A stretch of 64,000 nt of DNA from Octopus vulgaris (lineage: Eukaryota): positions 27,900,001 to 27,964,000 of the forward strand of contig OX597834.1 of the NCBI GenBank assembly GCA_951406725.2, in the 5' to 3' direction. A model generated the notes under the pieces. The model was not told the origin of the DNA and did no database searches. It saw only the letters and a list, made by a program, of their open reading frames with translations. The translations under genes and the position numbers were made by a program. How positions within the stretch are numbered: position 1 is the first letter of the stretch; every line of letters starts with the position of its first letter. Positions 28,727 through 41,640 of this stretch are shown in pieces.

Positions 28727-29049
28727 AAAGCAGGGAATTTATGGAGGTCCCTCCCAGGAATCTTACACAACATCATAAACGTGAGTGTGTACTCACTGAA
28801 CTGTAAGAAATAGAGAGAGGGAGAGGTCGGGAGAGGGACGGAGGGACAGAGCGAGATCATCCTCCACCCCCACCCCCAACACCGCCACCACCACCCCACA
28901 TCATCCCATTCTGTTGGATGTCCCACATTCCACCCGGATACCCCCACCATACACCACACACACACACACATTGCGTCATCTAGGCACCAGCGAAGATATT
29001 TAGTGGCTTTATGAAATACGTGTGTACTTTCTTCATAAACAAAAAGGCC

Positions 29050-29098
<49 letters not shown>

Positions 29099-29398
29099 GC
29101 CTGCCTGCCCGCCTGCCTGCCTGCCTGTCTACCTGTCTGCCTACCTTCCCGCTCACCTCTGTTCTAACTCACGCCTCTCTGACCTTTGCCTTATGGAAAC
29201 TTCTTGATCGCCATCAAGTTCTGCAATGAGAGCCTCTAGAGTGTCGCTGCGAAAATTGCTGGAACTAGCAACCAAATTCTTCCTCATCTCATTGTATTCG
29301 TACTTTGTTAAAACGAGGAAATAATGGTCGTGTTGTTGTTGTTGTTGTTAGTGGTGGTGGTGGTGGTGGTGGTGGTGGTGGTGGCATACTACTACGAC

Positions 29399-29431
<33 letters not shown>

Positions 29432-29581
29432 TGCAGCAGTAGTAGTAGCAGTAGTGGTGGTGGTGTTGTTGGTTGTGGTTGTGGTGGTTGTGGAAATGAT
29501 GGTGGTGGTGGTGGCATTGACGGCAATAGTAGTGGTGGTGGCGGTGGTTGTGGTGGTGTTGGTGGTGGTGGTGGTAGGTAG

Positions 29582-29632
<51 letters not shown>

Positions 29633-29814
29633 ACAGTAGTAACAGTAGTAACAGTAGTAGCGATGGTGGTGATGGTGTTAGCAGCTCAACTGATCTTCTG
29701 ATATCGAACAAAGCAATCTATACTTCCAAAGCTATCTCAAATTACACTTTGATACTTTGATACTTTGATAGGTTTCGGCCATTATTGGCCCAGGCCATGT
29801 CTAACTTAATAGCA

Positions 29815-31557
29815 CCACCTGGTCAGCATTTGGGAATTTTTTTTTTTTTCAATTTTTAATTCATGGATGTGTTGTTACACATATCCTTGGGTTGCTGATT
29901 TTAAATGTCTAAACTATTTTGCTCTGTAACATAAGGATGTTGAATAAAGTACAGATTAATAATTTTTAAAAAATGTGATTTTTTAAAATAAATTGTTACT
30001 TTATTAAAATGAAACGAGTAATCAAGGAAAAGCACATTCTGTTAGTTTTATGGACATATAGGCGCAGGAGTGGCTGTGTGGTAAATAGCTTGCTTACCAA
30101 CCACATGGTTCCGGGTTCAGTCCCACAGCGTGGCATCTTGGGCAAGTGTCTTCTGCTATAGCCCCGGGCCGACCAATACCTTGTGAGTGGATTTGGTAGA
30201 CGGAAACTGAAAGAAGCCTGTCGTATATATGTATATATATATATATAGGCGCAGGAGTGGCTGTGTGGTAAGTAGCTTGCTAACCAACCACATGGTTCCG
30301 GGTTCAGTCCCACTGCGTGGCATCTTGGGCAAGTGTCTTCTGCTATAGCCCCGGGCCGACCAATACCTTGTGAGTGGATTTGGTAGACGGAAACTGAAAG
30401 AAGCCTGTCGTATATATGTATATATATATATATATGTGTGTGTGTTTGTGTGTTTGTGTGTCTGTGCTTGTCCCCCTAGCATTGCTTGACAACCGATGCT
30501 GGTGTGTTTACGTCGCCGTCACTTAGCGGTTCGGCAAAAAGAGACCGATAGAATAAGTACTGGGCTTACAAAGAATAAGTCCCGGGGTCGATTTGCTCGA
30601 CTAAAAGAAGGCGGTGCTCCAGCATGGCCGCAGTCAAATGACTGAAACAAGTAAAAGAGTAAAAGAGTAATCAAGGAAAAGCACATTCTGTTAGTTTTAT
30701 GGACATATGTTTTCCAAATCAACATGAAATGAACCAGAATTGTCAACATCAAACCAAATGAATGTAAAAAATGTGCTCCTAATGGTTAGCCTACATATTA
30801 ATTCAAAGGAAGGAGGGCCGCTTTGATTTCCGCTTGTGTTGTACATCGGAACCATCACGTTTCAATAACCAGCAGTAATCCGCCATCATACTGATATTCC
30901 ATTTGCCCTGGTGTCGAGTTTCCGTGGTACAAATGTCTTGTTAGAGCCGCCCTCCTTGTTCCTCACTGTAGTCCCCACATTTTTTGGGAAAATAGTCAAG
31001 ATGCGAATGCAAACAATGCATCTTCACGCTCATTCTAGACCCAAGTTGTTGGAAACTTCATATCAGGCCTTGGATCATTTTTTTTTTTCATATTCTGGGG
31101 AGTGGCTGTTTTCCAAGAAGTTTTAGACAATATTCTTGGAGAAAAACCTGGCATTCACTTCGACACCTGCTAATGCTTCCTCAAAATGCTTGTCCCTCAT
31201 CAATTCCCGATTCTGAAGGTAACAAAGATTTCTGCTTTTAGCTTGCCTTCATTTATACGAGGAAACTGATTCCAGGAACTTGAAAGGAGCTCCATTCTTG
31301 TTCAGGGCCTTTGCAAAATTTTTAATAAGCCCCAACTTAATGTGGGGCGGCGGCAGCAGAATTTTTTGGATGTCAACTAGGTGCACAGCTTTCACGTTGT
31401 GATTTCCGAGTAAGAATCTGGTTCTTGGTCGCCAGTCTTTTTGTTCATAGTGCTGGCTCTTTGCCCTACTATCCCAAAGACACAGAAAACAGGGATACTT
31501 AGTGTATCCCCCTTGAAGACCCAGTAGGAGAGCAATAACTTTCGAATCCCCACAAAT
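29815..31557 (-). mobile_element. DNA transposon remnant, Chapaev3-like transposase C-terminal half plus 3' region, interrupted by a SINE
   Basis: The disrupted frame 31557-30803 gives ICGDSKVIALLLGLQGGYTKYPCFLCLWDSR, LLPPPHIKLGLIKNF, RMSVKMHCLHSHLDYFP and MMADYCWLLKRD. The superfamily name is from recalled motif similarity. Confidence 0.75.
30061..30664 (+). mobile_element. SINE family A with duplicated head and 44-bp target-site duplication
   Basis: Heads start at 30061 and 30247. The flanks 30016-30059 and 30665-30708 are identical. Confidence 0.92.
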
Positions 31558-31593
31558 GAAAAAAATGATTATGGTACTTGTTTGCAGTTATAT

Positions 31594-31772
31594 GAAAGAG
31601 TGGGAGAAAGTTGTGGCGAAAGGGTCATCAGAAGTTCGCTATTACCGTCTGCCGGAGCCGTGTGGAGCTTAGGTGTTTCGCTCATAAACACACACATTGC
31701 CCAGTCTGAGATTCGAACACGCGATCCCTTTACCACGAGTCCGCTGCTCTAACCACTAGGCCATGTGCCTCC
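31594..31772 (-). mobile_element. Diverged SINE head B fragment
   Basis: Reverse complement reads ggaggcacatggcctagtggttagagcagcggactcgtgg. Confidence 0.7.
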
Positions 31773-32052
31773 TAGGCATGTATTAATGATTCTATATACG
31801 TATGTATTTAGATATGTAAATAAGCTTTTTTTTCTTTTGCGTCCTTGAATACTTGTGTGGATTGTGTGTCAGAGTGTATCTTTCTTTTACTTGTTTCAAT
31901 CATTTGACTACGACCATGCTGGAGCATCGCTGCGAGGAATTTTAGGCGAATTAATCGACACAAGTACTTACTTTCTTATTAAGAGTACTACTTCTGCTAT
32001 CAGTCTCTTTTAGCGAACTGCTTATTTACGAGGAGGTAAACACAACAATACC

Positions 32053-32283
32053 TATTTCTTTACTACCCACAAAGGGCTAAACACAGAGGGGACAAACAAG
32101 AACAGACACACGGATTAAGTCGATTACATCGACCCCAGTGCGTAACTGGTACTTAATTCATCGACCCTGAAAGGATGAAAGGCAAAGTCGACCTCGGCGG
32201 AATTCGAACTCAAAACGTAACGCAGACGAAATACCGCTAAACATTTCGCCCGGCGTGCTAACGTTTCTGCCAGCTCACCACCT
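32053..32283 (-). mobile_element. SINE family C nested in an older family A copy (about 31884-32330)
   Basis: The TSD gtaaacacaacaatacc occurs at 32036-32052 and 32291-32307. Confidence 0.85.
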
Positions 32284-32470
32284 TTGTTGTGTAAACACAA
32301 CAATACCGGTTGTTAAGCAGCGGCGGGGGGGGGGGGATAAAGGCATATAATTTGCTTCAAAGGGAAGAGTCAGAAGAGTTCAGAGTGTAATATCAATAAT
32401 AAACAACAAAGCAAGTTTTGTCATAGAGTATGATAGTTTTCTTATGCTTCTTTTAACAGAAACAATTATA

Positions 32471-32630
32471 GGCACAGGAGTGGCTGTGTGGTAAGTAGCT
32501 TGCTAACCAACCACATGGTTCCGGCTTCAGTCCCACTGCGTGGCACCTTGGGCAAGTGTCTTCTGCTATAGCCCCGGGTCGACCAATGCCTTGTGAGTGG
32601 ATTTGGTAACCTGTCGTATATATGTATATA
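32471..32630 (+). mobile_element. SINE family A head
   Basis: Begins ggcacaggagtggctgtgtggtaagtagcttg. Confidence 0.85.
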
Positions 32631-32836
32631 CAGTTGCGGCCAAAATGTTCAGAACGGCATTGTTTTCGTCAGAAAAGTAGATATAATTTTTTACCAAAGT
32701 TGTTTTATATTCTATAATTTTCACAGACAATAAATACAATATTAATTGTTATTGTCTGTTATTTTGGTGTAATTTGAGAGGAAAATACAAAAGTTATGAA
32801 TGATTTAGTGATTTACTGCAAAACCCATGGCGGCCA
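32631..32836. mobile_element. Tc1-like terminal fragment
   Basis: TA followed by CAGTTGCGGCCAAAA resembles Tc1-family TIR starts. No partner end is seen. Confidence 0.5.
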
Positions 32837-33316
32837 TGTATGTATGTATGTATGTATGTATGTATGTATGTATGTATGTGTGTGTGTATGTATGTATGTA
32901 TGTATGCATGTATGTATGTATGCATGTATGTATGTATGTATGTGTGCATGCATGTATGTATGTATGTATGTATGCATGTATGTATGTATGCATGTATGTA
33001 TGTATGTATGTGTGTGTGTGCATGTATGTATGTATGTATGTATGTATGTAAGCATGTATGTATGTATGTATGTATGTATGAATGTATGTATGTATGCATG
33101 CATGCATGTATGTATGTATATATGTATGCATGTATGCATGTATGTATGTATGTATGTATGTATGCATGTATGTATGTATGTATGCATGTATGTATGTATG
33201 TATGTATGTATGTATGTATGTATGCATGTATGTATGTATGTATGTATGTATGCATGCATATATGTATGTATGTATGCATGCATGTATATATGTATGTATG
33301 TATGCATGTATGTATG

Positions 33317-33350
<34 letters not shown>
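32837..33350. repeat. (TATG/CATG)n microsatellite
   Basis: Direct reading; a similar tract lies at 45431-45870. Confidence 0.95.
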
Positions 33351-33508
33351 TAACTGAACATGAAAAATAAATTCAAGGAACTCTAAGTAGAAAAGACAAT
33401 AACGTCACGAAATACTGAACAGGTATAGATTGATGATGATTAGCAAAAATACTGCAATGAGAGTGTATGTGTGTGTGTGCGCGTGTAAAAATAGTTATGT
33501 GTCTGCCT

Positions 33509-33591
<83 letters not shown>

Positions 33592-33675
33592 GAAGCTCAC
33601 GCGTGAGTGTGTGCGAATGGTATATATGCATCAAATACATATTTAGTATATATATGCATATATATTATATATATA

Positions 33676-33717
<42 letters not shown>

Positions 33718-33823
33718 CATATATCAATATACACACCCACTCACTCATATATTTTATATTACAGTCTTCAAAATACATATGTACATATCTGTATATACAT
33801 AATTTTTTTTATATTATGTAAAA

Positions 33824-33879
<56 letters not shown>

Positions 33880-34067
33880 ACGTGTGCGTGTGTGTTTTTT
33901 GTGAGTGTATGTGAGCTTGTATTTATAGAACATCATATATATATATATATATCTATGTATGTATATACATATATACATATGGAGAGAGAGAGATAGACAG
34001 AGAAACAGATGCATATTCATTTTCATAGATATGTGTATATATGCATATGGATATATGAATATATGTG

Positions 34068-34102
<35 letters not shown>

Positions 34103-34535
34103 GCTCATCATGTATTTATGTTTCTGTGTGTGTATGTGTGTGTGTGTGTGTGTGTGTGTATGCGCACATTTGCCTGCATGCACGTATGTTTGTGTCTCTG
34201 TGTATATTTATATACTACGGGTGCTCTGTGTTGATAAAGAAAAAACAACAAAACAAAATTGCAATCCTTTAAACGTGTCTGTAGTAAAGCGAGAGGGGAA
34301 GAGGAAAAAGAAATTAGCATAAGCCGGAAGTGTGTCGGGAGAAGAGACATTAACATGGGTTAGGAGGTGTCAAGGAATTTTTTTAGCTTCCTTCTAACGG
34401 ATGTGAGAACAAAAGGGACGAAGGGGTTATAGTTTTGGTGGAACTACCAAAAAAAATACGGGATCGATGGAAGCGTTCTTCAGTGCAAATCCAGACACAT
34501 ATGTGCACCATATGCATGCACTATACATGCATATG

Positions 34536-34603
<68 letters not shown>

Positions 34604-34784
34604 TGTGCCTGTGTGTACGTATGTGTGTGTGCATGTGTGTGTGTGTGTGTATATATATACATATATATATACTCGTATATATTATACATTTACATATATA
34701 TATACATATATATATAAACACATCTACATTCCAAATTATTCGAATATATATATATATTGTTATCTTACCGTTTTTATCAATATA

Positions 34785-34845
<61 letters not shown>

Positions 34846-34959
34846 ATGTATGTATGTATATGTATATATTATATATACATATATATGTATGTATGTATGT
34901 ATATGTATATATTATATATACATATATATATATGTATGTATGTATATATATATATATAT

Positions 34960-35001
<42 letters not shown>

Positions 35002-35328
35002 TATTACGTCAAGTTCTACATAAAACCTATATATTCATATATAAATCACATATATAATATATTATATTTATACACACACACACACATATCATTAGAGTGA
35101 GCGGTTACTCAATGCTTTTAGTACAGTGCATATTTATTTAGCTTTTAATTGGAAAATGTTGACAGTGACTTCGGAGTTTCATCTTCCTGGCTTTGGTCAA
35201 ATAACCTTATAAGGGTGAACTGTCGAAGCTTTCATTGGAATACCAACTTTGCCTTGTAAACTTCATAGATACACGCACGCACGTATATACGCACACACAC
35301 ATACACACACACTCATATGTTATATATA

Positions 35329-35366
<38 letters not shown>

Positions 35367-35433
35367 AATACATATGATACATATATACGTACACACACAT
35401 GCACATATATATTCTAAGTATCTCCCTCTCTCT

Positions 35434-35476
<43 letters not shown>

Positions 35477-35539
35477 TCCCGGGTTGAGTCGGGGTTAACC
35501 ACAGTAAATAAGGTACTCAATACATAGCAGAGTAAATTA

Positions 35540-35618
35540 ATTTATTTTATAGAAGGAGCTTCCTGGTGATTTCATTTGAATGAAACAGTTCTAGTCCTGT
35601 AGAAGCTCCTTCTATAAA

Positions 35619-35624
<6 letters not shown>
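35540..35624. repeat. 23-bp perfect inverted repeat around a hammerhead-like core
   Basis: atttattttatagaaggagcttc pairs with gaagctccttctataaaataaat. The loop reads ctggtga-tttcatttgaat-gaaa-cagttctag-tc-ctgta. Confidence 0.8.
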
Positions 35625-35658
<34 letters not shown>

Positions 35659-36091
35659 TGGGAAAACAAATCTCCAAATCAATCAGGTGTAACACTATTG
35701 CGTTATAGGCATCTACATATCGTCCTTTGAGGCTTATTTATCGTATATTTATATATTTATCTATAAATATACAAAGTCAATATTCAATTTTTGGGGATAA
35801 ATTGATATGCAGGTATTCTATTACAGATAATACAAAAATGACCTAATGAGTATATCTGACAGTAAATTCATGGTATCAGTTTGCACACACACACACACAC
35901 ACACACGCACACACACATATATATATATGTGGAACTCACACACACGGTACAGGAAACTTATATGTATACCATTCTGCTTAAACTGCAAATACAATATCCT
36001 TACTTATCTCACGTCTGTTTTCATTCCTCCACTTCACTTTGTATTTCATATCTTCTCTATAATAACTATTACTTAAACATTTTCTTGCACC

Positions 36092-36142
36092 GTGCTCTGA
36101 TGAAAGGATATATAAAATATCCCGGAAACAGCTGTAAAGACC
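36092..36142 (+). ncRNA. Hammerhead-like motif with decayed stem I
   Basis: CTGATGA (36097)-aaggatat ataaa atatcc cg-GAAA-cagctg (palindrome)-TA. Confidence 0.5.
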
Positions 36143-36239
36143 TCTTTATAAATGTTCTGAAAACTATTCACAGCCTTGGACTATTTTTATCTCATTCTGT
36201 TAATTATATATATATATGTGTGTGTTGTGTGTGTGTGTG

Positions 36240-36304
<65 letters not shown>

Positions 36305-36586
36305 ATGTATGTATGTATGTATGTATGTATGTATGTTTGTATGTATGTACATGTTTGCGGATATCTATAGAATATCTGTATTTGTGAATAATTACTTATA
36401 CGTACGCGTATATACAAATATATATATTTGTATATATGTGTACGTAGCAGTTCGGCGAAACAAACCGATAGAATAAGTACTAGGCTTCCAAAGAATAAGT
36501 CCTGGGATCGATTTGTTCGACTAAAGGTGGTGCTCCAGCATGGTCGCAGTCAAATAAAAGAAAATATATATATACGTATACATATA

Positions 36587-36990
36587 GGTGCAGGAGTGGC
36601 TATGTGGTAAGTAGCTTATTTACCAACCACATGGTTCCGGGTTCAGTCCCACTGCGTGGCAACTTGGGCAAGTGTCTTCTTCTATAGCCTCGGGCCGATC
36701 AAAGCCTTGTGAGTGGATTTGGTAGACGGAAACTGAAAGAAGCCCGTCGTATATATGTATATATATATGTTTATATGTGTGCGTGTATGTTTGTGTTTGT
36801 CCCCTAGCATTGCTTGACAACCGATGCTGATGTGTTTATGTCCCCCTCACTTAGCGGTTCGGCAAAAGAGATCGATAGAATAAGTACTGGGCTTACAAAG
36901 AAGAAGTCCCGGGGTGGAATTGCTCGATTAAAGGCGGTGCTCCAGCATGGCCGCAGTCAAATGACTGAAACAAGTAAAAGAGTAAAGAGT
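36587..36990 (+). mobile_element. SINE family A, full length
   Basis: Head, internal microsatellite and (gtaaaaga)n tail are present; a tail fragment at 36444-36555 precedes it. Confidence 0.9.
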
Positions 36991-37266
36991 ATATCTATAT
37001 GTGTGTGTGTGTGTATCTGTGTGTGTATACATCACTGGTCACAATGCGCTTTGCATCGTTTCAGCTTATGAACGGTGCCACCGCACTGGCAAGGCGAGCA
37101 GACCAACATTGTCCCTGATCGGAAGGCCAGACTATGTTCGGTTTACCCATTTGCAGGTGAGTGGTCTAGAGCCACGTGAAATGAAGGTGTTTTCGCTCTA
37201 GATCACAACGCGCCGCTCCGTCCGGCGATCGAACTCACTATCTAGCGATCGTGCGTGCAACAACCT

Positions 37267-37473
37267 GACGGAGACTCTAACATTCCCTCACCTCTCTCTA
37301 CGGGTCGCTGGAACACATTTACTGGTGAATGAACTGGAGCGAGAAGAAATGGAGTGTCTTGCTCCAAAATGCACTGCGCCGCCCGGTCCGGGAATCGGAA
37401 CCACAGTCTCACACTTTGAGTGCAACAACCAACCCACTAGACCACGCACCTTCCTTACGGGAGCAAAATCTCG
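37267..37473 (-). repeat. Inverted duplicate of 41374-41580 (diverged D-like SINE head plus 5' flank)
   Basis: Both copies are 207 bp with few mismatches and include the flank cgagattttgctcccgtaag. Confidence 0.9.
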
Positions 37474-37725
37474 TAAGTATGTCTGTGTGTAGGTATCATC
37501 TGTTTATATGAACGTGTGTTTGTGTCTATGAGTGAGTGTTTGTGCATATCCGTGTATATACATATGAAAGCGAATTTCTATACCTAAATTTATGTATTTA
37601 TTTAATTATCGGACAATATATACAAACACAATATATACAAAACACACACACACACACACACAAATGCACACAATTATTCACATACACACACACCCGCACA
37701 CATGCATACATGCATACATACATAC

Positions 37726-37790
<65 letters not shown>

Positions 37791-37810
37791 GTATGTATAC
37801 ATGCATACAT

Positions 37811-37869
<59 letters not shown>

Positions 37870-38056
37870 GAGAGAGAGAGAGAGTGCATATATATACATA
37901 CACACCACACACACACACACACACACACACACCATATCACTGCCATATCAATGTGAATAACTTGAAGTCGCCTTTCATGAAATTTTAGTATCCGTTCCGA
38001 AGAACAATGACTCTTGTTGAATACCTTCTTTCTTTCCTTCGTTCTGCTGTACTCAC

Positions 38057-38090
38057 TCGACGCCATGTTGGCACATTTCCCATAGGGCAT
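38057..38090 (-). CDS. Candidate first coding exon ([11 protein letters not shown]..., phase 1)
   Basis: gtagccATG in good Kozak context, a second start caacATGgcg, then donor CGA|GTGAGT. It lies about 450 bp from a promoter-motif cluster. Confidence 0.4.
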
Positions 38091-38519
38091 GGCTACTGCT
38101 GCCCTTTTTCTTCCTCCTCCTCCTCCTCCTCCTCTCATCATACCTGTCTTGGTTTCTCTCTCCCTCTCTCTCTCTCTCTCGTTCACTATAACTCCCACCA
38201 CCCGCCTCATTCGGCTGGCTCCTATTCATAACACATCGAAAACTGGTTATAAAGAAGAGATTTGTTGTATATATAGCTAACACAGGTTTCGATCTCTCTT
38301 CAACGGCATTTCCACTCGAACGAACAATTTTAATCTTGAGCAGACTTTTACAGCATATCAGGATCACCCTCGTTCACCCCTGTTTTTGAAATTTACCGTT
38401 TCCATTGTTGGGGTCTTTTTTTTCCTTTCCTCCTCTCGCTCTCTTTATCTGGCCATCACTTTCCTTCGCTCTTTCGCTCTCCTTTTCTCTCTCATTCGCT
38501 TCTGGTATGGGATGTAAAT

Positions 38520-38660
38520 TGTCAAAGACAGAAACGGGGCACTTCCGCTTTGTTGACTTGTCTAGTGACGTCAGCGCATGCTCATGCCTGGCTGGATAAT
38601 GTTAACAATGGAAAGCTTTAAGAACAAGATGGCGACGAAGAAGACGTCGACGGCAAATTT
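38520..38660. promoter_or_regulatory. Probable divergent Pol II promoter
   Basis: ETS ACTTCCG at 38541, CRE TGACGTCA at 38566, NRF1-like GCGCATGCTC at 38574 and YY1 CAAGATGGCG at 38625, with an opposite-facing CAACATGGCG at 38061-38070. The region is a CpG-containing stretch free of recognisable transposons. Confidence 0.55.
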
Positions 38661-38994
38661 TTCGTAGCTCGGTTAATTTGTCGTCAACTGGTGTTGTCAG
38701 ACCAGTTCTTTCGGTCTTTCAGCGGAACTTTCAGGCTTTGGCAGAACGAAAACTCTACACAATTGCAGCCAGGAATTAGCCGTAAACTCTTGAAGTGCAG
38801 TTTTGTTGAGAATACGATGATCAGATATAGTTTGTATCTACTAACAGTTGGTTTATTACGTACAATAGATACACCGTTCGTTCAGTTGACCGTATGGCCT
38901 GAGAATAAACAAACGAGAGAATTTGTACAGAAATTTCCTAAAAACAGCAGAACAGATGAAGTGTATGTGTGTGCGAATACATATTATATATATG

Positions 38995-39026
<32 letters not shown>

Positions 39027-39101
39027 TATATGTATGTATGTAAAGTATGTGTGTATATATATGTTTGTATAAGTATGTGTGTATATATATACATATACAT
39101 A

Positions 39102-39144
<43 letters not shown>

Positions 39145-39292
39145 CGATACACACATATATACACATATCGATGTATATATATGTGTTTGTTTGTGTGTGC
39201 GTATATGTGCATATATATGATTTATGTGTGTGTGTGTATATATATATATACATATATATATATATGTATATATATATATGTGTATATATCTA

Positions 39293-39357
<65 letters not shown>

Positions 39358-39855
39358 GCACACACACACACATGCACACATGCATACATACAAGAGCATA
39401 AAGGGAGCGAAAGAGAGAGAAAACAGAAGCAGAAACGAAAAAGAGAAGCAATTAGTGAGTGTCTGCGTGCGTATGTGTGTGTGTGTGTGTGTAGGTGTGT
39501 TTGTGTAAGTGTGTGTGTGTGTGTTTGGTCGTGCGCGCGCACGTGTTTATGCATTCATACATAAACATACATTGACAGAAAAATACAGAGGCGCATACAT
39601 ATAATACGTAAGTGATCTCAGATAGAGCAACTTTACTTCCACCAAGCAAAATATTTAATCACTGGGCGTGCACAATAACCGACAAAAATAACCGGTGCTA
39701 TGAATTTATATATTTCTCGATTAAACAAATCATACCATACGAAATGTAAGTTTTTTTTTTACCACACCATACCTCCATTACGGAGCGAATTACGACTCTG
39801 CTGCCCTGGAGCGAAGACAAGAGACCAGCTTCAGACTAGGGTCTGAAAGTTTACC

Positions 39856-40272
39856 CATTTCTTTATTACCCACAAGGAGCTAAACATAGAAGGGACAAAC
39901 AAGGACAGACATAGGTATTAAGTCGATTACATCGACCCCCAGTGCGTAACTGGTACTTAATTTATCGACCCCGAAAGGATGAAAGGTAAAGTCGACCTAG
40001 GCGGAATTTGAACTCACAACGTAACGGCAGACGAAATACCTAATTCTTTATTACCCACAATGAGCTAAACACAGAGGGGACAAACAAGGACAGACATAAG
40101 TATTAAGTCGATTACATCGACCCCAGTGCGTAACTGGTACTTAATTTATCGACCCCGAAAGGATGAAAGGTAAAGTCGACCTCGGCGGAATTTGAACTCA
40201 CAACGTAACGGCAGACGAAATACCGCTATGCATTTCGCCCGACGTGCTAACGTTTCTGCCAGCTCTCCGCCT
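39856..40272 (-). mobile_element. SINE family C dimer within one 14-bp TSD
   Basis: tctgaaagtttacc occurs at 39842-39855 and 40273-40286. Confidence 0.9.
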
Positions 40273-40329
40273 TCTGAAAGTTTACCACACCATAGTAGGT
40301 TACACCATGGTTCCTCTGCTTTGTGAAGT

Positions 40330-40476
40330 AGGAAGAAAGAGTGAGAGAAAATTTATGGTGAAAGAGTACTGCGGGGTTCACCACCTCTCCCCGCTGGAGC
40401 CTCGTCTGGAAATCGAAACCGCGTTCTTGCGACCGCGAATCCGCTGTCCTAACCACAAGGCCATTGCGCCTCCACA
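40330..40476 (-). mobile_element. Diverged SINE head B fragment
   Basis: Reverse complement reads gtggaggcgcaatggccttgtggttaggacagcggattcgcgg. Confidence 0.75.
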
Positions 40477-41023
40477 CTGCTGCTGTTGTTGTTGTTGTAG
40501 TGATAGTGACTATAGTTATTGCTGCAGTAGTAGTAGTAGTAGCATTTGTTTTTGCTGTAGTTACTGCTGCTGCTGCTGTAGTTGTTGTTGTTGTTGTATG
40601 CTGGTATCTGTTTATGATGAAGAAGAGGAAGGAATAGAATAGCCGTGAGCTACGGAATTCGATAAATTCTTTCGGTATTCGGTGTTGGGATAAACTTTTG
40701 CAAAGGACTTGAGAAATTAATCGAGCGTCTCCAACTATTTTCTAAATGTCAACCGATGGCTGTGCGTGAGATATCGATGCCGTGTCAATCTTTAAACACC
40801 GCACAACATCAGGTGGAAGGAAAGGGAAGGGCGGGTGGTCACTGCAGTTGACCTCCACACTCTCTGATGTGGAGAGAAGTCGTTGATGGAAAGCAACTAG
40901 AGGTTGAATGAAATAAATGCTAATACATTTGTCTCATAAATAATTCTCCTTTGGTTTTAGTTGGGTTTTTTTTTTTTTTGTATTTCTATGATGTGTTGTT
41001 TTGTGATAGTTATTTTTGTTTGT

Positions 41024-41346
41024 GAAAGCGCGTGGCTTAGTGGTTAGGGCATTCAGCTCACGATTGTAATGTCGTGAGTTCGATTCCAAGCGACGCGTTG
41101 TGTCCTTGAGCAAGACACTTTATTTCATGTTGCTCCAGTCCACTCAGCTGGCAAAAATGAGTTGTACCTGTATTTCAAAACGGCCGGCCTTGTCACTCTC
41201 TGTGTCACGCTGAATCTCCCTGAGAACTACGTTAAGGGTACACGTGTCTGTGGATTGCTCAGCCACTTGCACGTTAATTTCGCGAGCAGGCTGTTCCGTT
41301 GATCGTATCAGCTGGGACCCTCGTCGTCGAAACCGACGGAGTGCTC
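41024..41346 (+). mobile_element. SINE head D with tail type 1
   Basis: A D head (gtccttgagcaagacactt...cactcagctg) is joined to gttgtacctgtatttcaaa...ccgacggagtgct. Confidence 0.9.
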
Positions 41347-41640
41347 CCTTTTTTTGTTTATTTATATGTTTTGCGAGATTTTGCTCCCGTAAGGAAGGTG
41401 CGTGGTCTAGTGGGCTGGTTGTTGCACTCAAATTGTGAGACTGTGGTTCCGATTCCCGGACCGGGCGGCGCAGTGCATTTTGGAGCAAGACACTCCATTT
41501 CCCCTTACTCCAGTCCATTCACCAGTAAATGTGTTCCAGCGACCCGTAGAGAGAGGTGAGGGAATGTTATAGTCTCCGTCGCTTATCAACCATGGAAACC
41601 TGCTTAATCTCCGGTCTAGTGCATCCTAATGCTCATGACA

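Noticed and set aside
35161-35226. Minus-strand gacagt...GAAA-ctccgaag-TC-actgtc
   Set aside because: The CUGANGA box is missing after the putative stem I.
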